From NCBI GenBank assembly GCA_039545335.1, contig BCIN01000001.1:3723136-3787135 (forward strand): a DNA stretch of 64,000 nt, written 5' to 3'. This DNA is from Kondoa subrosea (lineage: Eukaryota). Each line of letters begins with the position of its first letter. Positions within the stretch are counted from its first letter, which is position 1. The translations under genes were made by a program, and so were the position numbers. A model generated the notes under the pieces. The model was not told the origin of the DNA and made no database searches. It saw nothing but the letters and a program-made list of their open reading frames with translations. Positions 51,501 to 64,000 of the stretch are shown piece after piece.

Positions 51501-51736
51501 CTATTCCTATTCCGCAATTAGAAGAAGCTTGGACGACACCTGCCGGAAACGCATCATCTTGGGACAAGCCGGCACCATTTCAAGCAACATCTTTCGCTCT
51601 TCATGATAATCTCAACGAATCTACCCTGTCGTTTGGCGGAACCAACGGAGAGCTGCACCCAGCAGAAAGCGATTCATCTCCAGCTTGGGTTCCCCCAAAA
51701 TTATCTTCGTCTCCAGCCTCTAATCCATGGTCGTAA
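48534..51736 (+). CDS. DUF726/TMCO4 family membrane alpha/beta-hydrolase-like protein
   Basis: PLSQMQATKTLLTEGQRIAYVGLC, DIRWTILCDLFL...YDARSR, Gly-rich TM GLSAGLLAPVIGAG, IDNPW, and RPVSLIGFSLGAR (GxSxG). Confidence 0.9.
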
Positions 51737-52980
51737 GGGAATTGTTTGTTAGTCATTGTATCCATATCGCATTTGCATGTAATCTCAAGCTTTCATAGTA
51801 GTTCAAGCGTTATCTTCGGCAACTTTTCTCTGTAGCGAAGCTGGGGTAAATTTCGACTTCTGAAGCTGACGATGCCAATTTTCTTCCCTTTTCTTCCTCG
51901 TTCTTTGCCGATTGGTTTTGATATGAGTGCTACCAAGACTTATACTCACACGAGATGTAAATGAGCTGGTCGACCGCTGACCGAAGCGATCGCGAAAGAC
52001 CACCACGACTTGCGATCTTTCGACGAGGCGTATATTGCAGCCAAGACGATGGAGGAGAAAGGAGGATCGGTTTGTTATTCGATCGTGCTTCGTCGACTTT
52101 GGCTGATCCGGTTACATCAGGTTTCGCATTCATCTGAACAGATGATCGACACGCAATGTTGAAGTTGATGGGTTCAACAGGCAAGGAGATCACGTACAAA
52201 GACAGGCAAACTCATCATCGGGTATGGTCTTGCTTCTCTACATAATTATATGTCCTCATGCTCCACGTTATACAGGTTAAAGAAGATCTCCACATGCTTG
52301 AAAAAGCGATAATCTACTTCAAATCGAAGCACCTGTCTCATACGAGCAATCCCAAGAATTGGCCGACGAGTCTGAAAGCATCAAGTGTTTTGCTCGAACA
52401 CCAGCTCCTCCGTATGCGCCTGCTGATCTCAGGCCATTCGAAAATGAGGCAGCTTGACTCGCAGCCCCGAAGGACAGGCTTTGCGATATGCTGAGAAATT
52501 TCCCTTCCAAGGAGGCTATTGAATGCGACAAGAACGTGCTTTAGTAAAGTCGTTCATTGCATATAGCTCGAGAGAAATTGCATTCGTTGTAAATCATGAC
52601 TTCAGGAAACGTAACGAAATATATGTACAAGCATAAGAAGAAGTCCAAGACTCGTGAACATTCGCAGCATGTATCTACGTTTGCCAATTGCATGGAAACC
52701 TACCGCTGAGGTGCAAAACGCGTGCTATATGTAGCACCGTGATAGCCGCCAGGTGGAAGCATGACATGTGGCATCGGTTTGGGCTGGTAGAATGGCGCTG
52801 GATATGCATTTGGTGCGACTTCCTTGTTGCGCGTAAGCAAATGCAGGCGTTGCGGTTGGGCGAGGCTTCACGAGGACTGTTTTACAGTAGAATCAAGACA
52901 AGCGATTGCAGTGATCTGTCAGTCACGCACATGCTTGTCTTCTGCGGCTGTCCCGAATCTGGAAGAGCTGTAGAATTGAG

Positions 52981-54581
52981 TCACTTCGGGCCTTCTTTGT
53001 GTAACGAGACAGAGTCCGCACCAGTTTCCACAAGCTCTCCATCTTCATCAACATCATTCACAATTAACAGTGTCCGGCCAGCCAGACCATACCTCACAGA
53101 AAGAAGGATGGATCGCAGCATTGTGAGCTAACATGTCCAGTTGCGCGACTTCCACTTTCAAGGCTTGTTCTGCCGGTCGACCATTCAAGCGTTGCCTAGT
53201 CTTCTCGACACTGACGCGGTACTCCTGCACAAGATTGAGCTGCGTCGATAAGTAATTGGGATAGACGAACCGCTGCCTGGATGGATATCCATTTGTTGAC
53301 GTCTTGCCCGGTCCATTGCTGGAGCCTCACTAGCATCTTGAGGTCTAGTATCTCCTTAATCTGAAGGAAGCATCAGAGACCTCCCCATAACCAGGCCTTT
53401 TGCTCACAAGGGCGGAATGGTCCTGTTAAATATGTTGCTCATATCAGCCTTTGAGTGATGTGCACAGGGAAAGTTCTTGCCTCTCGAAATCCCTTCAGAC
53501 CCTGGACCGTCCCGCACAGTTTCTCTAACTCGGTACAAAATCCCGTTTCTGCTTTCATGTAATCCGCGTCAGACAACCTATTCTCCTCATGCGCCTTCCG
53601 CTGATCGACATGAGCAAGTCCGATTTTGAGACGAAAGGCAGTATCTTACCTCGCTATCTATATATATCTCCCATGTTTTCCACCCATTCATTAAAGTCTC
53701 TGCTCTAGCTTGAAATGTGGGTGAGGAACCTGATGCTCTGTGATGTGTAGTGATTGCAGGATTACCTAAAGAGCGACGAGGAAGGGCTACAGGACCCGGA
53801 CGCAGATGCTCGGTTTCGACTGATGCCGTGAACAGTAGATGGTAGTGTGTATTACAGGCCATCCCGGACTATACGTGCTTTAGCAACGAATAGGTGAAGC
53901 TGAGCATTGTCTGACCTGTTTCAAGTGACCCTGCACGGAGTCAGACTCCGCAACAATCCCGTCGACTATGTCCATCAGAGGGATCTGGTATTCGGCCAAT
54001 TCTGTGAGTGTCACCCTAGCTGGATCAAACTGAACGTAGCGGTCCTTCATATGCTTCATATAGATTCTTGCCCTGTTGTGAATTGTCTGACAGCGAAAGT
54101 CATTGTCAATGCTATATGATCGAAAGACGCTCACTTTGGGTTTCCCTTTATCAACTAATTCTGAACAGGTAGGCAGATGTTTGAAGGTACTGAGATAATT
54201 CTTCAGATATTGCAAGTAGGAGTTTCCTTTCAGCTAAAGGTATCCAGAACATCAGCAACAACGAGTCAAAGTATAGCTCTAATCTTACATGTTGCAGCAG
54301 CTTTGCGTTCTGTTACATTATCATCAGCTCATTCTCTTGGCAATCTTGCGACCCTACCTCCGAGACCAGCTTCTCCAGGCCAGAATCGATCCAATTTGTC
54401 TTCAGAATGGCATGCATAAGTGTGTAAGAAGTCTTTATTAAATCAATGTCTTCTTGCAAGCCGCCCCACTCGACGATCTTCTGCCGCTATCGCCGTGGAT
54501 CAATACAGTGAAAGTCAGATAACAGCTTCTTACCTCCTTAAGCAACCTATAAGCCTTACTTTGGAAGACCTGTGCTGCCAT
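52981..54581 (-). CDS. Hypothetical multi-exon orphan protein (3' part uncertain)
   Basis: The exons MAAQVFQSKAYRLLKE|RQKIVEWGG...|NAKLLQH|LKGNSYLQYLKNYL...|TIHNRARIYMKH... join in frame via GT..AG introns. Confidence 0.5.
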
Positions 54582-54818
54582 GACGAAGAATACGAGGCAG
54601 AGAAGATCAAGAGCAAATAAAGCAAACGCGACGGAAGAAGGGCGAATAAGAATTATCAGGCGAAAGTGATAGCTGGAGGGCTATACGCAGATGTTGTCTT
54701 CCGAGAAGCCGCCTTCTAAGGAACCTCTTATGATTTAGACCGAATCATCCTGGAGTTACCACAGCGAAGAAATACGAGTTCAAGAGGGGACAGAATTGCA
54801 CAAGAAGACGGAAAAAGT

Positions 54819-56351
54819 CTAGTCATCCTTATTCTTACTGGAACTAGTGGACGCCGTAGATCTAGAAGCGAATGTTCCCATCGAAGACGTCTCACCAGAA
54901 GTAGACGACTGCTTAAAATTAGCATTGAGAACATGAACAAAAGATCCAGACTTACTCCTCCAACCGTGATCAAATCATCGCCTTCTTTACTCTCATTCAA
55001 CCAACCTTCATCCTCCTCTACATTCTCTTCCTTTACTTCTGGCCGATCAGGAATCACTTCTTCATCGCTTGACATATCTCTCAAAACGCCCAGAACGGAA
55101 GTTTTCTCTCCCATTGATTTAAGAGAAGGTGTTCTTAAGGCTTGTAAACGAGCAAACTCTTCTTCCTCTTCTTTATCCGCTTTCAAGAATTGAGCTTTCA
55201 CTTCTTCTCTAGATAAAGGTTTTGCGGCTTTCTTCTTCTTTTCTTCTTCTTCGATTGAAAGGTTGGACCGACGGTAAGAAAGGATTGACCAGACTAGTAA
55301 TGCTGCAAAGAGTTCGGAAAAGAGGAAAAGGGAAGTAAAGATTAAGAAAGCGGTAATTCGATATTGGTACATGAACCATCTAGAATTATCACGTTAGTTA
55401 CCATTTAGTGTAATCAGACGTATATCCGACCTCAGACCATGGAAAACAGCATGGAAGTGTAATTTGGCAGCATATACTTGCAATTCTCCACTGATTGCAG
55501 AGGATGGCGAAGCAGCAGCATAAGCATCTCTTCGACCTACTTCGATCAGAGCATGCGATACAGCTGATCGACGGTGTGAGAGTACTTGATTCTTGGCTAG
55601 GTTGACAGTCAAGGAGTTACCGCGGTCTTTGAGGTTAAGAAGGGAACGAGGCCGAGGAAGATGAAAGATCCCACTTGAGTAAGGGATAGTCGCCTATGGA
55701 AGATATAAGCTGAAGCAAATGAGACAGACACAACGAACACTGACTGGTCGCGAAACATAGTAGACTGTATCGTTATTTGTGGTCTTGAGATCCAAAATAG
55801 TCATGAAATTGCCTGTATGCAAAGGTCAGCGTTTAGACTCCGAAGGGGTCAAAGGCGATGCAAGCATACCTAAATTGAGGTTGGATTGACTCAGAGGTAC
55901 CTGCAGCTCCAGTTCAATGTTGTAAGGTTGATCCGTCAATACAGATCCAGGCTGGAAGTCCACTAAAGCAAAGGGCGGTCGAGAATAGCCATACCTGATA
56001 AATGATCAGTATATAATGGTATCGCGCAAGACATCGAAGCGTACTGTAGATATACGTCATGCGTCACTGAAAGGTTTGGGATGAAGCGCCAGTAGAAGCT
56101 GAAGTAAGCAACACACGCCGCAGCGATACTCGATAGGACTAAAACAGTCAAAGCAGCAGAGCGGAAGACAATCTTCTGTGTGGTAGGAGACACTAGAAGA
56201 CTAATGATGCGTGTGAAGAGCAAGTCAATCTGCTGCACGAGCGAAAGATCCGAAGAAGGAACAGAGGATAGAGACACAGGCTTGAGAGATGAGCGAGTCT
56301 GCAGGACCTCTGATGAGCTTGCTATCCTGAGGGTTGTCGATAGCTTACCAT
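54819..56351 (-). CDS. SEI1: Seipin (lipid droplet biogenesis)
   Basis: TM then FYWRFIP...VYLQY; QPYNIELELQVPLSQSNLNLGNFM; LQVYAAKLHFHAVFHGLRWFMYQYRITAFLIFTSLFL. The first exon contains only the ATG. Confidence 0.88.
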
Positions 56352-56424
56352 GCTTTCGCTGTTTGACGGTGAGCAAGGTTGATTTCTAGCAACGAGTGGG
56401 TGGTCGTGATACCTGGTTCAAGGC

Positions 56425-58452
56425 ATGGATACCAATGGAAGTGTAGCTACGAGTGAGAAGCGGCCCAATGGCGATGAGCTGGAAGAGGACAGAGCAGTAA
56501 AAAGGCAGAAACTGGAACAAGAGCAGGTCGAAAGCGAGGATGAGCAAGCGATGGAGCCAGAAGAGATAGACGTAACAGCTGGTCCTACAGATCTTTACCT
56601 TGACACAGTCAGTCCATGCCTGATGCTGCGCTGATAGCAGCTGAACTTCGACAAACAGATTAATCGTCCTTTGCTAGACTTTGATTTCGAGAAGCTATGC
56701 TCTGTAACACTGTCGAATATCAACGTATATGGCTGTCTGGTCTGCGGCAAGTTCTTTCAGGGCAGGGGCAAGAAATCGCCAGCCTATGCACATTCATTGA
56801 ACGAGGATCATCACGTCTACATCCATACTGAATCCCTCAAAGTGAGCTTCTTATGCCTATTATATGTCTCACAGGCTGACTGGAATGAAAGGTCTTTATT
56901 CTTCCTGATCTTTACGAAGTGAATGATCCTTCGCTCGAAGACATCCGCTATCTACTCGCTCCTTCTTTCACTAAACCTATGCTGCAAACATTACCACTAG
57001 GCACAACACTATCCTATGATTTGCAAAAGACCGAATACCTACCTGGCTTCATTGGTTTGCAAAACATCAAATTCAATTCCCACATGAACGTGATTCTTCA
57101 AGCCCTTTTACACGTTCTACCACTTCGGGATTACTTCATCAATGCATCACAAACAGGTGTATTCGAAGAACAAGGTCGATCAGAACTAGTCAAACGATTA
57201 GCTATGCTCTATCGAAAATACTGGAATCCGAGGAATTTCAAAGCTCAAGTTTCACCACACGAGTTCCTGCAAGAGGTTTCGGCTGCTTCAGCAAAGAAGT
57301 TCAGGATTACTGAAGCGGGTGATCCGTTGGATTTCTTAAATTGGTTGTTGAATGCTTTGCACCGAGATTTAGGTGGTAGCAAGAAACCTCGTTCAAGTGC
57401 GCAGACATCATATTACTTTAGTATTCGGCTAATATTAAGTTTCTTTCTGTGCACAGGTGTTATCTACTCAGCTTTCCAGGGCTCAATCAAAGTTCAAGAT
57501 CAAGCTGTCTTAATCAAAAACTCCGACACATATGCAAAACCTCGCTTCGATCTAGACAGAGAGATCAAGACTACTGCATCACCTTTCCTTCTCCTATCTA
57601 TTGATCTTCCACCACCTCCAGTTTTCCAAGATGCGATTGAAAAGAACATTATTCCTCAAGTACCCATTTCCGCTGTGTTGGCAAAATACGATGGCAACAC
57701 ATCACAAGAAATACCTGGGATGGGATTGAGGAGATTCAAGATAACAGATCTACCTCCGCTATTGATCTTACATTTTAAGAGGTTTACGAGTAACAATTTC
57801 GTTGAGGAAAAGAACCCTACTATAGTAAATTATCCATTGAGAGGAATAGATCTCAAAGATTGTAGGTCACTGATCCCGATGCATTAGTCTAGCGCTCATT
57901 CATAGGTTGGTTGTGATTCTACAGACGCAGAAGATTCATCCAAACACTCTACACTGTATGATCTAGTAGCCAATATCACACATTCTTCAGCGGCAGGTAC
58001 AGCAAGAGAAGATACGATTTGGAAAGTGCATATTCATACTACTGCTCAAAACGGTCAAGATGAAAGATGGTATCAGATCCAAGATCTGATTGTAGAAGAA
58101 ATCAACAAGCAGGTAGTCTTTCTTGGTGATACTTATATTCAAGTACGTACCTACTCCCTCACAAAAATCATTATAATAGCTAATTCGGGAAAATTTTAGA
58201 TATGGGAAAGAAGACTAACACCGAACGGCTCTCATGATCTTTCTATCAATACTTCAGCTACGGTAGCGAAACCTACTACAACAAGATCGAGAGCTGCCAA
58301 AATGGCTCCAGCTAGTGATGCGCCCGTGCAAGTGCAGAAAGCAAAGACTGGCATTCGAATGCCAAAAGCGAGAGTTGAAAAGGGAGACAGTACGTCAGCT
58401 CTACTAATGCTTAGTGAATTGCTGACGTTGTGATACAGGCGAATGGGTGTAA
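56425..58452 (+). CDS. SAD1: U4/U6.U5 tri-snRNP protein Sad1/USP39
   Basis: LYLDT, LDFDFEKLCSVTLSNINVYGCLVCGKFFQGRG, PGFIGLQNIK, WNPRNFKAQVSPHEFLQ, NNFVEEKNPTIVN, and WYQIQDL. Confidence 0.96.
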
Positions 58453-58811
58453 ACTCGCAATCACCAGACAAGAGAATCAATGATGATTTCGCGTGTGGGA
58501 ATCAATTTTGTAGTCTTGATGTAATGTCGTAGCAGTGCGACAGACGCTGCATAATGCAGATCTCCCTTCCAGCGCGAAAGCTTTCCCCGGAAACTCTAAA
58601 TTGTCAACAACCATCATCATTTTCAAGAATTCCGGTTTCTGGCAGCAACTGGCATGTACTGACTGAACTGGATACACTCGCCTGGTAATCCGAAACATCC
58701 GGAGCTGCAGAAACTTTGAGAGCAACTTCTGGTCATTCAAGTCTCTTGCAAGAGAGAAAATTCAGGCTTTACGTCTCGTTCATTAGAGGGCGCAAGGCAA
58801 CATAGATCAGC

Positions 58812-61019
58812 ATGAACATGTCAGATATGGACATTACCATGGATCAGAGTCAGCCGCTATCATCAAGCGGACATGCGAGACACATCAAGCTGAATCTGGA
58901 TGAGAACAGGCATGGATCAGAGTGGGATAACACCAGATCTAGCAACACCAGAGTTGCAGAATACTTTGGATTTCTCTGCAAATGCCAATGTACAGGAAGC
59001 TGGTCGCAGATTTGCCTTGTTAGTACTTCCAGTCTATCTCGCTCGGCTGTCTGCGCATGCTGATTACATTCTTCTTGGGCAGATCTATACTTAGCGGTGC
59101 TGCAGTCGGTGTGCAAGAAGCCAATTTCAAGATAGAGAAGGAGAAGTTCAACAAGCTGGTTAGTCTCGTTTTCGGCTCTATCACGCAGGATACTGATCTC
59201 TTACTTTGAAGGACAAGGCCGAAAGAACACCGGACATACAAAAAGCCCACAGTAAAGGTATGTCTCTGGATATGACAGGTACAATAGCTGACCACTGCAC
59301 CTCTTACCCATCAGCTAAGAAGGATCTCGCTACTGCTCGCAAATCGAATGTAGATATGCTCAAAAGGGTATGTCCGTACTAATCCGCCCTGATCTCTGTG
59401 TGCTCACTAGCTTCAACAGGATCTTTTGACTACAATCTCCGCAGCAATAGTCGCTTCCTCAACTCTTTACAACACATCTCCAGCTTCAATAGATGAATCT
59501 TCTGCACAGAAAGCTGTACCGTCGCAAGACCTGATGTCACGCAGTGTGTTCGAAGATATAGTCACCGCGGCGCTGAATCAAAGAGATGCGCAATGGGAAG
59601 AACGAATGGTTCAAAGAGATGAGATTTGGCAGGCGAGACTAGAGAATCAAGAACTTCGTCTTACAAAACAAGCGGATGAAGAAAAGAAGCGTATTCATGG
59701 AATCTTGGACAAGTATGCGAAACTTACTCCAAGCAACGGTAATGGCAATACCCCTACTTCACCGCTCCTTTCGCGCGATCCAAGGAGTGCTGTACGACCT
59801 GGTACGGGTCTATCGGAAGATCAGGTCCAGGAAAAGATTACTTCTGCTATTCAGAAAGAAGCAACTAGGGTGAATGCGCTCTATTCGGATCTACAAGCTG
59901 GTCTGGGTGATGCAAGAGGCAAATTGAATCAGTTCAAAGGCCAACAGCTTCCCAACATCAATACCAAAATTCAAGCTCAAGCAGAATTGATTGTGGATTT
60001 GGAGAAAAGACTCAAGACTCTACAAACTGCATGTCAGATGCAAGCTGACCAAGTAGAGAAAGTTCCTGGAATAGCAGAGAGTGTTCGGTGGCTTGACGAA
60101 GCATGGCGAAAACAGTCTGAAAGCGAGAAAGCTACTAGCAGTGCTCGGCTTGAGGAAAGCAAACTGTCTCAATTGAAGGTTAGCTTTGCTTCGTATGCAA
60201 TCACAGAGTGTACTTCTGATCTTGTGCACCGTACAGCTTCAGAGAACGGACGCTGCTGTCAAAAATCTCACCGAAACTGTAACGCATCTTGAAAAGAAGC
60301 TCGATCGGAACGTAAGTATCTTACCAATTGGCTCCTCAAGTCTGATCTGACATTCACTGGTCATTCAGTCTCGCAGCGTATCCACCGAAAGAGACGAACG
60401 CATGGAGAGTCTGTCAAAGACGATCGATGAGCGGATGAAAGTGCTAGTTCGAATTGACAGCTTCAATTCTCTGGCCGAAGACGTCAAGCGCCAAGACGTG
60501 TCTCTTTCGGCACTTAAGAACGAACATGGACATCAAATTCTAGCTGCACACGAGGCTATCAAGTTCGTTCGGCAACAATGTAATGGAATGCACAACACAC
60601 TCGAAGCCATTGATCGTCCGGATTGGCTTGAAGAGAGGATTACTCGGTGTAGACCAGTACAGGAAGCGGTGCAGAACAGTGATGATCGATTTACCGCAAT
60701 AGTCGAACACTTGCAAACGGCAGTCGAAGCGATCAAAGTTCAGAACAGATCGTTTGTCACTGAAGAACGTTTTCAAGAATTGAAATTAACCACTGGCGAT
60801 GCAGTGCAAAAGCTCATCAGCTGGCTCATCAAGATTACACCAAGCAAAACAACTAATCCAATCTCGCGGCCAGTCAATGGAACGCATTACTCTTCTCAAC
60901 AACCTACTTCGAAACGCAAAAGACCAGCCCAGGAAAGTCCGCAAGACAGTCAGCTTCCTCCTGTCGATGCTTTCGTTGAAAACATATTGGAAGGAGAGGC
61001 GTCTGGGATTAGGGAATAG
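58812..61019 (+). CDS. Hypothetical coiled-coil protein
   Basis: Long ORFs 59426-60292 and 60402-61019 plus small upstream exons with GT..AG introns. Heptad-rich; no family recognised. Confidence 0.6.
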
Positions 61020-61186
61020 GAGGGAAAGAGCAGGTATTACTATAGCATTTATTCTCTGTTTACATTTATTCCTTTGCATCAATATCTCACTTGCATATTG
61101 TATTCATGCGTTTTCCAAATGAAGCGGTTCATAGAGAAGACTGAACACTAGATTGAACAATGCACGACAGATGGCTACAGCTATAT

Positions 61187-62720
61187 CTAAGTCATTCTAC
61201 GGAAACCTCTTGCCTTGATGATCATTTGTAGCGTCAATTTTTCGATCACATCCTTCAAACCGAACAACAGCGCTTGAGCCAAAACAGCTTTGATGATTTG
61301 TGCTTGCATGCCCTACAAGGAGAGTTAGTAAGGGCTTCAAGCATTGAGCACTCAGTGCATACCTGATATAATCCAGCAATACCCTTCGACTTGTATACTT
61401 TGAACAAAACATCGAGTGCTCCGTTGTATCGCTCTTTCTTAGTCTTTGATGCTGTTATAGCTGATGTAGAAGTATTGGAGTCCACCAGCACATCTTCCGC
61501 TTCTGGTCCATATTTGGCTTGCAACCGGACTTTTGCCTGTCAGAAGCTTGCACATGAAGAAAATGATGTAAGATCAAGAATGTACACCACTGACCATGAT
61601 ATACGGGAACGTCACCTAGAATGATATTAGCGAGAATTTATTTTGGAATGAGTTCGAAAACTTACTACTGTAGCTAGAGTCTTGGAGAGAGCGCCGATCA
61701 TGAAAGCTTTACCAGGCGTCATCTTTCCGTCTTCGCCAAGCAGGAGTACTCGGAAACGTTCGAACATGCCTAACAGTGCCATCTTATCCAAGACTGAACA
61801 GTCAAGAAGCAATCAAGGCAGCTGACCATATGTAATAGCAGGATTGACTGTAAGGACCAAACTCGGCTTCAAACCTCTCCATAATCCAGTGATACCATCT
61901 TCCGACAGGATATCAGAGACAGTATCCAGTAATCCTCGCGAGACAGCCGAATCGTCCAATTGCTGTCTTGTTGCGACGACGGACACCGGAATAGTAAAGA
62001 CTTGAGCTAGTGCGCCTGCTACAGCTCCCAGAATGAGTTCCATACTATTTCGAAGATCAGTTTGGGGCTGGAATCAGCGGAAAGTAAGAGAGTCCTACGC
62101 AGTTGAAAGTGATTTTGGCGAAACAGCTACTCCGTGAAGCCATGGATACAACCGCTCTATGTACGCTCCTCGCACTATTGTAGCCCAGTAGAAGTAGGCG
62201 CTGCATAAGGAGACATTTATCAGATGCGAAATCAAAATGACATAGACAGAAAAGTACAATTGCATAGTGAAAGAGTTGATCATTGAAGCACTGTAGCCGC
62301 GATAGAAACCAGCGAGACCTTGTTCTTTCAACAGCTGTTTCGCTACTGCCCTGATGCCCGGAGCTGAACGAGGTAACCTTCTTGGTGCTCCATCTCGCTT
62401 GATGACTTGATCTGGTAGAGACTGTTGCGCTTCAGCTCGCTCATCGGCCTGAATCTTGGTCTTGACGCTGATGATTAGCGAGATTGTCAGAGCCTGCCGG
62501 ATACTCATGGGAGAAGAGTACTGACGTATCCAGAGGATAGCTGAAGCACTGGATGAGCTTTAAGAAGTCCTGCATGCTTCAAAACATACACAAGCGAATT
62601 GGCGAAGACTCCTGCAAGCCAATCCAATCAGCCTTCTGACAAGGGATAAGATGGGCCCCGCTACGAACCTCCCAGAGCACCAGCGAGTGCATTACCAACT
62701 GGCGTTAGCTTCTCAGTCAT
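61187..62720 (-). CDS. ANT1: Peroxisomal adenine nucleotide carrier (mitochondrial carrier family)
   Basis: LTPVGNALAGALG, YPLD.VKTKIQA, YFYWATIVRGAY, ELILGAVAGALAQVFTIPVSVVATRQQ, LWRGLKPSLVLTVNPAITYG, and QAQIIKAVLAQALLF. Confidence 0.9.
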
Positions 62721-62826
62721 GATGTGACACGGATACAAGGTGCAGGCAATTCGAGATCAAGCGGTCAATGGGAAGACAAGAAGTTGACCGGGTATTCTTA
62801 GACGCCGGACACCTATCATTACAACT

Positions 62827-64000
62827 CTAGAATGCTAGCCAGCGATGAGCAAGCTTGGTAGCTAATACAGTAGATCCCGTAGTCAGGTATATCTGACAAA
62901 GATTATACGCCGCAATCTTCTTCAATCCAAGTTGAGCAGAAGGAGAGGTCGAGTCTTCCATCTCTATGGCGCGTTGATAGTGTCTGACTGCATGACCAGT
63001 AAGACCTGGGTGAACTGTAAGCTCTGGTAAGGGGGAGAGAAAAGATTGGCTCACTCAAATAGTGGAAGATTCTGCCAAGGTTGTACTCGACTTCAATGAG
63101 AGGTTCACCTCGAAGCTTCCGATATTGGTCGAAGAAAGCCAGTGCTTGAGTGATTTGATGTTGTCTGTTATCGCTTTGTCGCTGCATGGCTCGATGTAGG
63201 TAGGCGATTCCACATAGCAGATTGACTAGAAGATCGTCAGGTGCCGCTTCGTAGGCTCGTAAGAGATAGACTACCTCATCTGGTCAGCGTGAGTTGTAAA
63301 AGGGCAAGATCACTTACGGATGGACGGCTGGTAGCTCTTCGAAGCAAGCAGTCCTTGACCATAGAGGGAGAGGAAATGCGGGTTCAATTTCGTTAAACGG
63401 AAATGTAAGAACTCTTCATCATCCATATCAACGTCAGGCTGCTCATCCGATGGGCCATTGTGCTTTATATCGATGACTATTTTGTCCATGGCTTTGATTT
63501 GACGAAGCAAGAATTTTTGCAAGTTCGATGCGGAGAATGAAAGGGAAGAGGTATTGTTCTGAGAGAGACAAGCACCAAGCAGTCTGAGCGGATCAGTCTG
63601 AAATTGCTGTTTGAGTACGAATTTGCGCAGTTCTTCAGATACTACCTCATAACGCTGAGCATACATAGCGAATGAGACCAGGCCGAAGCGGAGAGCTCTT
63701 GTTCGATGATATTCTGTCTTGAAAACTGCAGCTGTGAGCAAATGCTTGATCATTTCTTCGGCTTCGTCGAATTCGCCATTCACCGTCAGAGCACGACCAT
63801 ACTTTTTCATTTAGTAGATAAGATCAACCGAATCCCGACATGTATGATAGAGGCTCACTCTTAGTATCAGTTGAAGCCATTCATCAAAAGTAATACCGCG
63901 GAACGAATCCAGATATTCTGGTCCTTCGAGCAAATCGTCATTGTCTATTGTAGCTGCGTTAGCCTTATATCACGAGCTGCAATGTCACTTACCCATAGCG
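62827..64000 (-). CDS. TFC4: TFIIIC TPR subunit Tfc4/GTF3C3, 3' part (runs off the window)
   Basis: AYLHRAMQRQSDNRQHQITQALAF, EVEYNLGRIFHYL, HAVRHYQRA, and AAYNLCQIYLTTGS...AHRWL. Confidence 0.9.

Noticed and set aside
51803..52531. Short ORFs on both strands after the DUF726 gene
   Set aside because: Could not build a convincing gene model or recognise a family.
58848..58923. 13-bp direct repeat catggatcagagt around an intron
   Set aside because: Explained by a short MDQS-MDQS peptide repeat; too short to argue intron gain.
1..64000. tRNA, rRNA, snRNA, transposase or reverse transcriptase genes
   Set aside because: No diagnostic motifs seen by eye; tRNAscan-SE, Infernal and RepeatMasker would be needed to exclude them.

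Overview
Gene-dense, intron-rich eukaryotic DNA with short introns (about 45-60 nt, CTRAY-like branch points) and many micro-exons. It is clearly fungal and probably a basidiomycete; a Pucciniomycotina-like origin is my inference only. About 27 spliced protein-coding genes were reconstructed by hand, so gene spans include introns and their ends are approximate. Housekeeping genes include BUD22, NUDCD1, a MEK1/CHK2-like kinase, UTP11, GRR1, NPL4, CMC1, SEC10, RIX1, an RRN10-like gene, a DUF726 protein, seipin, SAD1/USP39, ANT1 and TFC4. The window also has a GH18 chitinase, a probably GPI-anchored AA9 LPMO, an acyltransferase next to an MFS transporter, and several orphan genes. The strongest candidate for an undescribed system is a Golgi glycan-pyruvylation locus at about 28.7-39.5 kb: two Pvg1-like pyruvyltransferase paralogues, a TPT/SLC35-family transporter divergently paired with one of them, and a GT14 glycosyltransferase. 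Other notable signals are two near-identical neighbouring introns in the MFS gene, overlapping stop codons of RIX1 and the RRN10-like gene, start codons only 73-114 bp apart in head-to-head gene pairs, and a 4.2 kb orphan segment flanked by a 10-bp direct repeat. No rRNA, tRNA, CRISPR array or transposase/RT gene was recognised.
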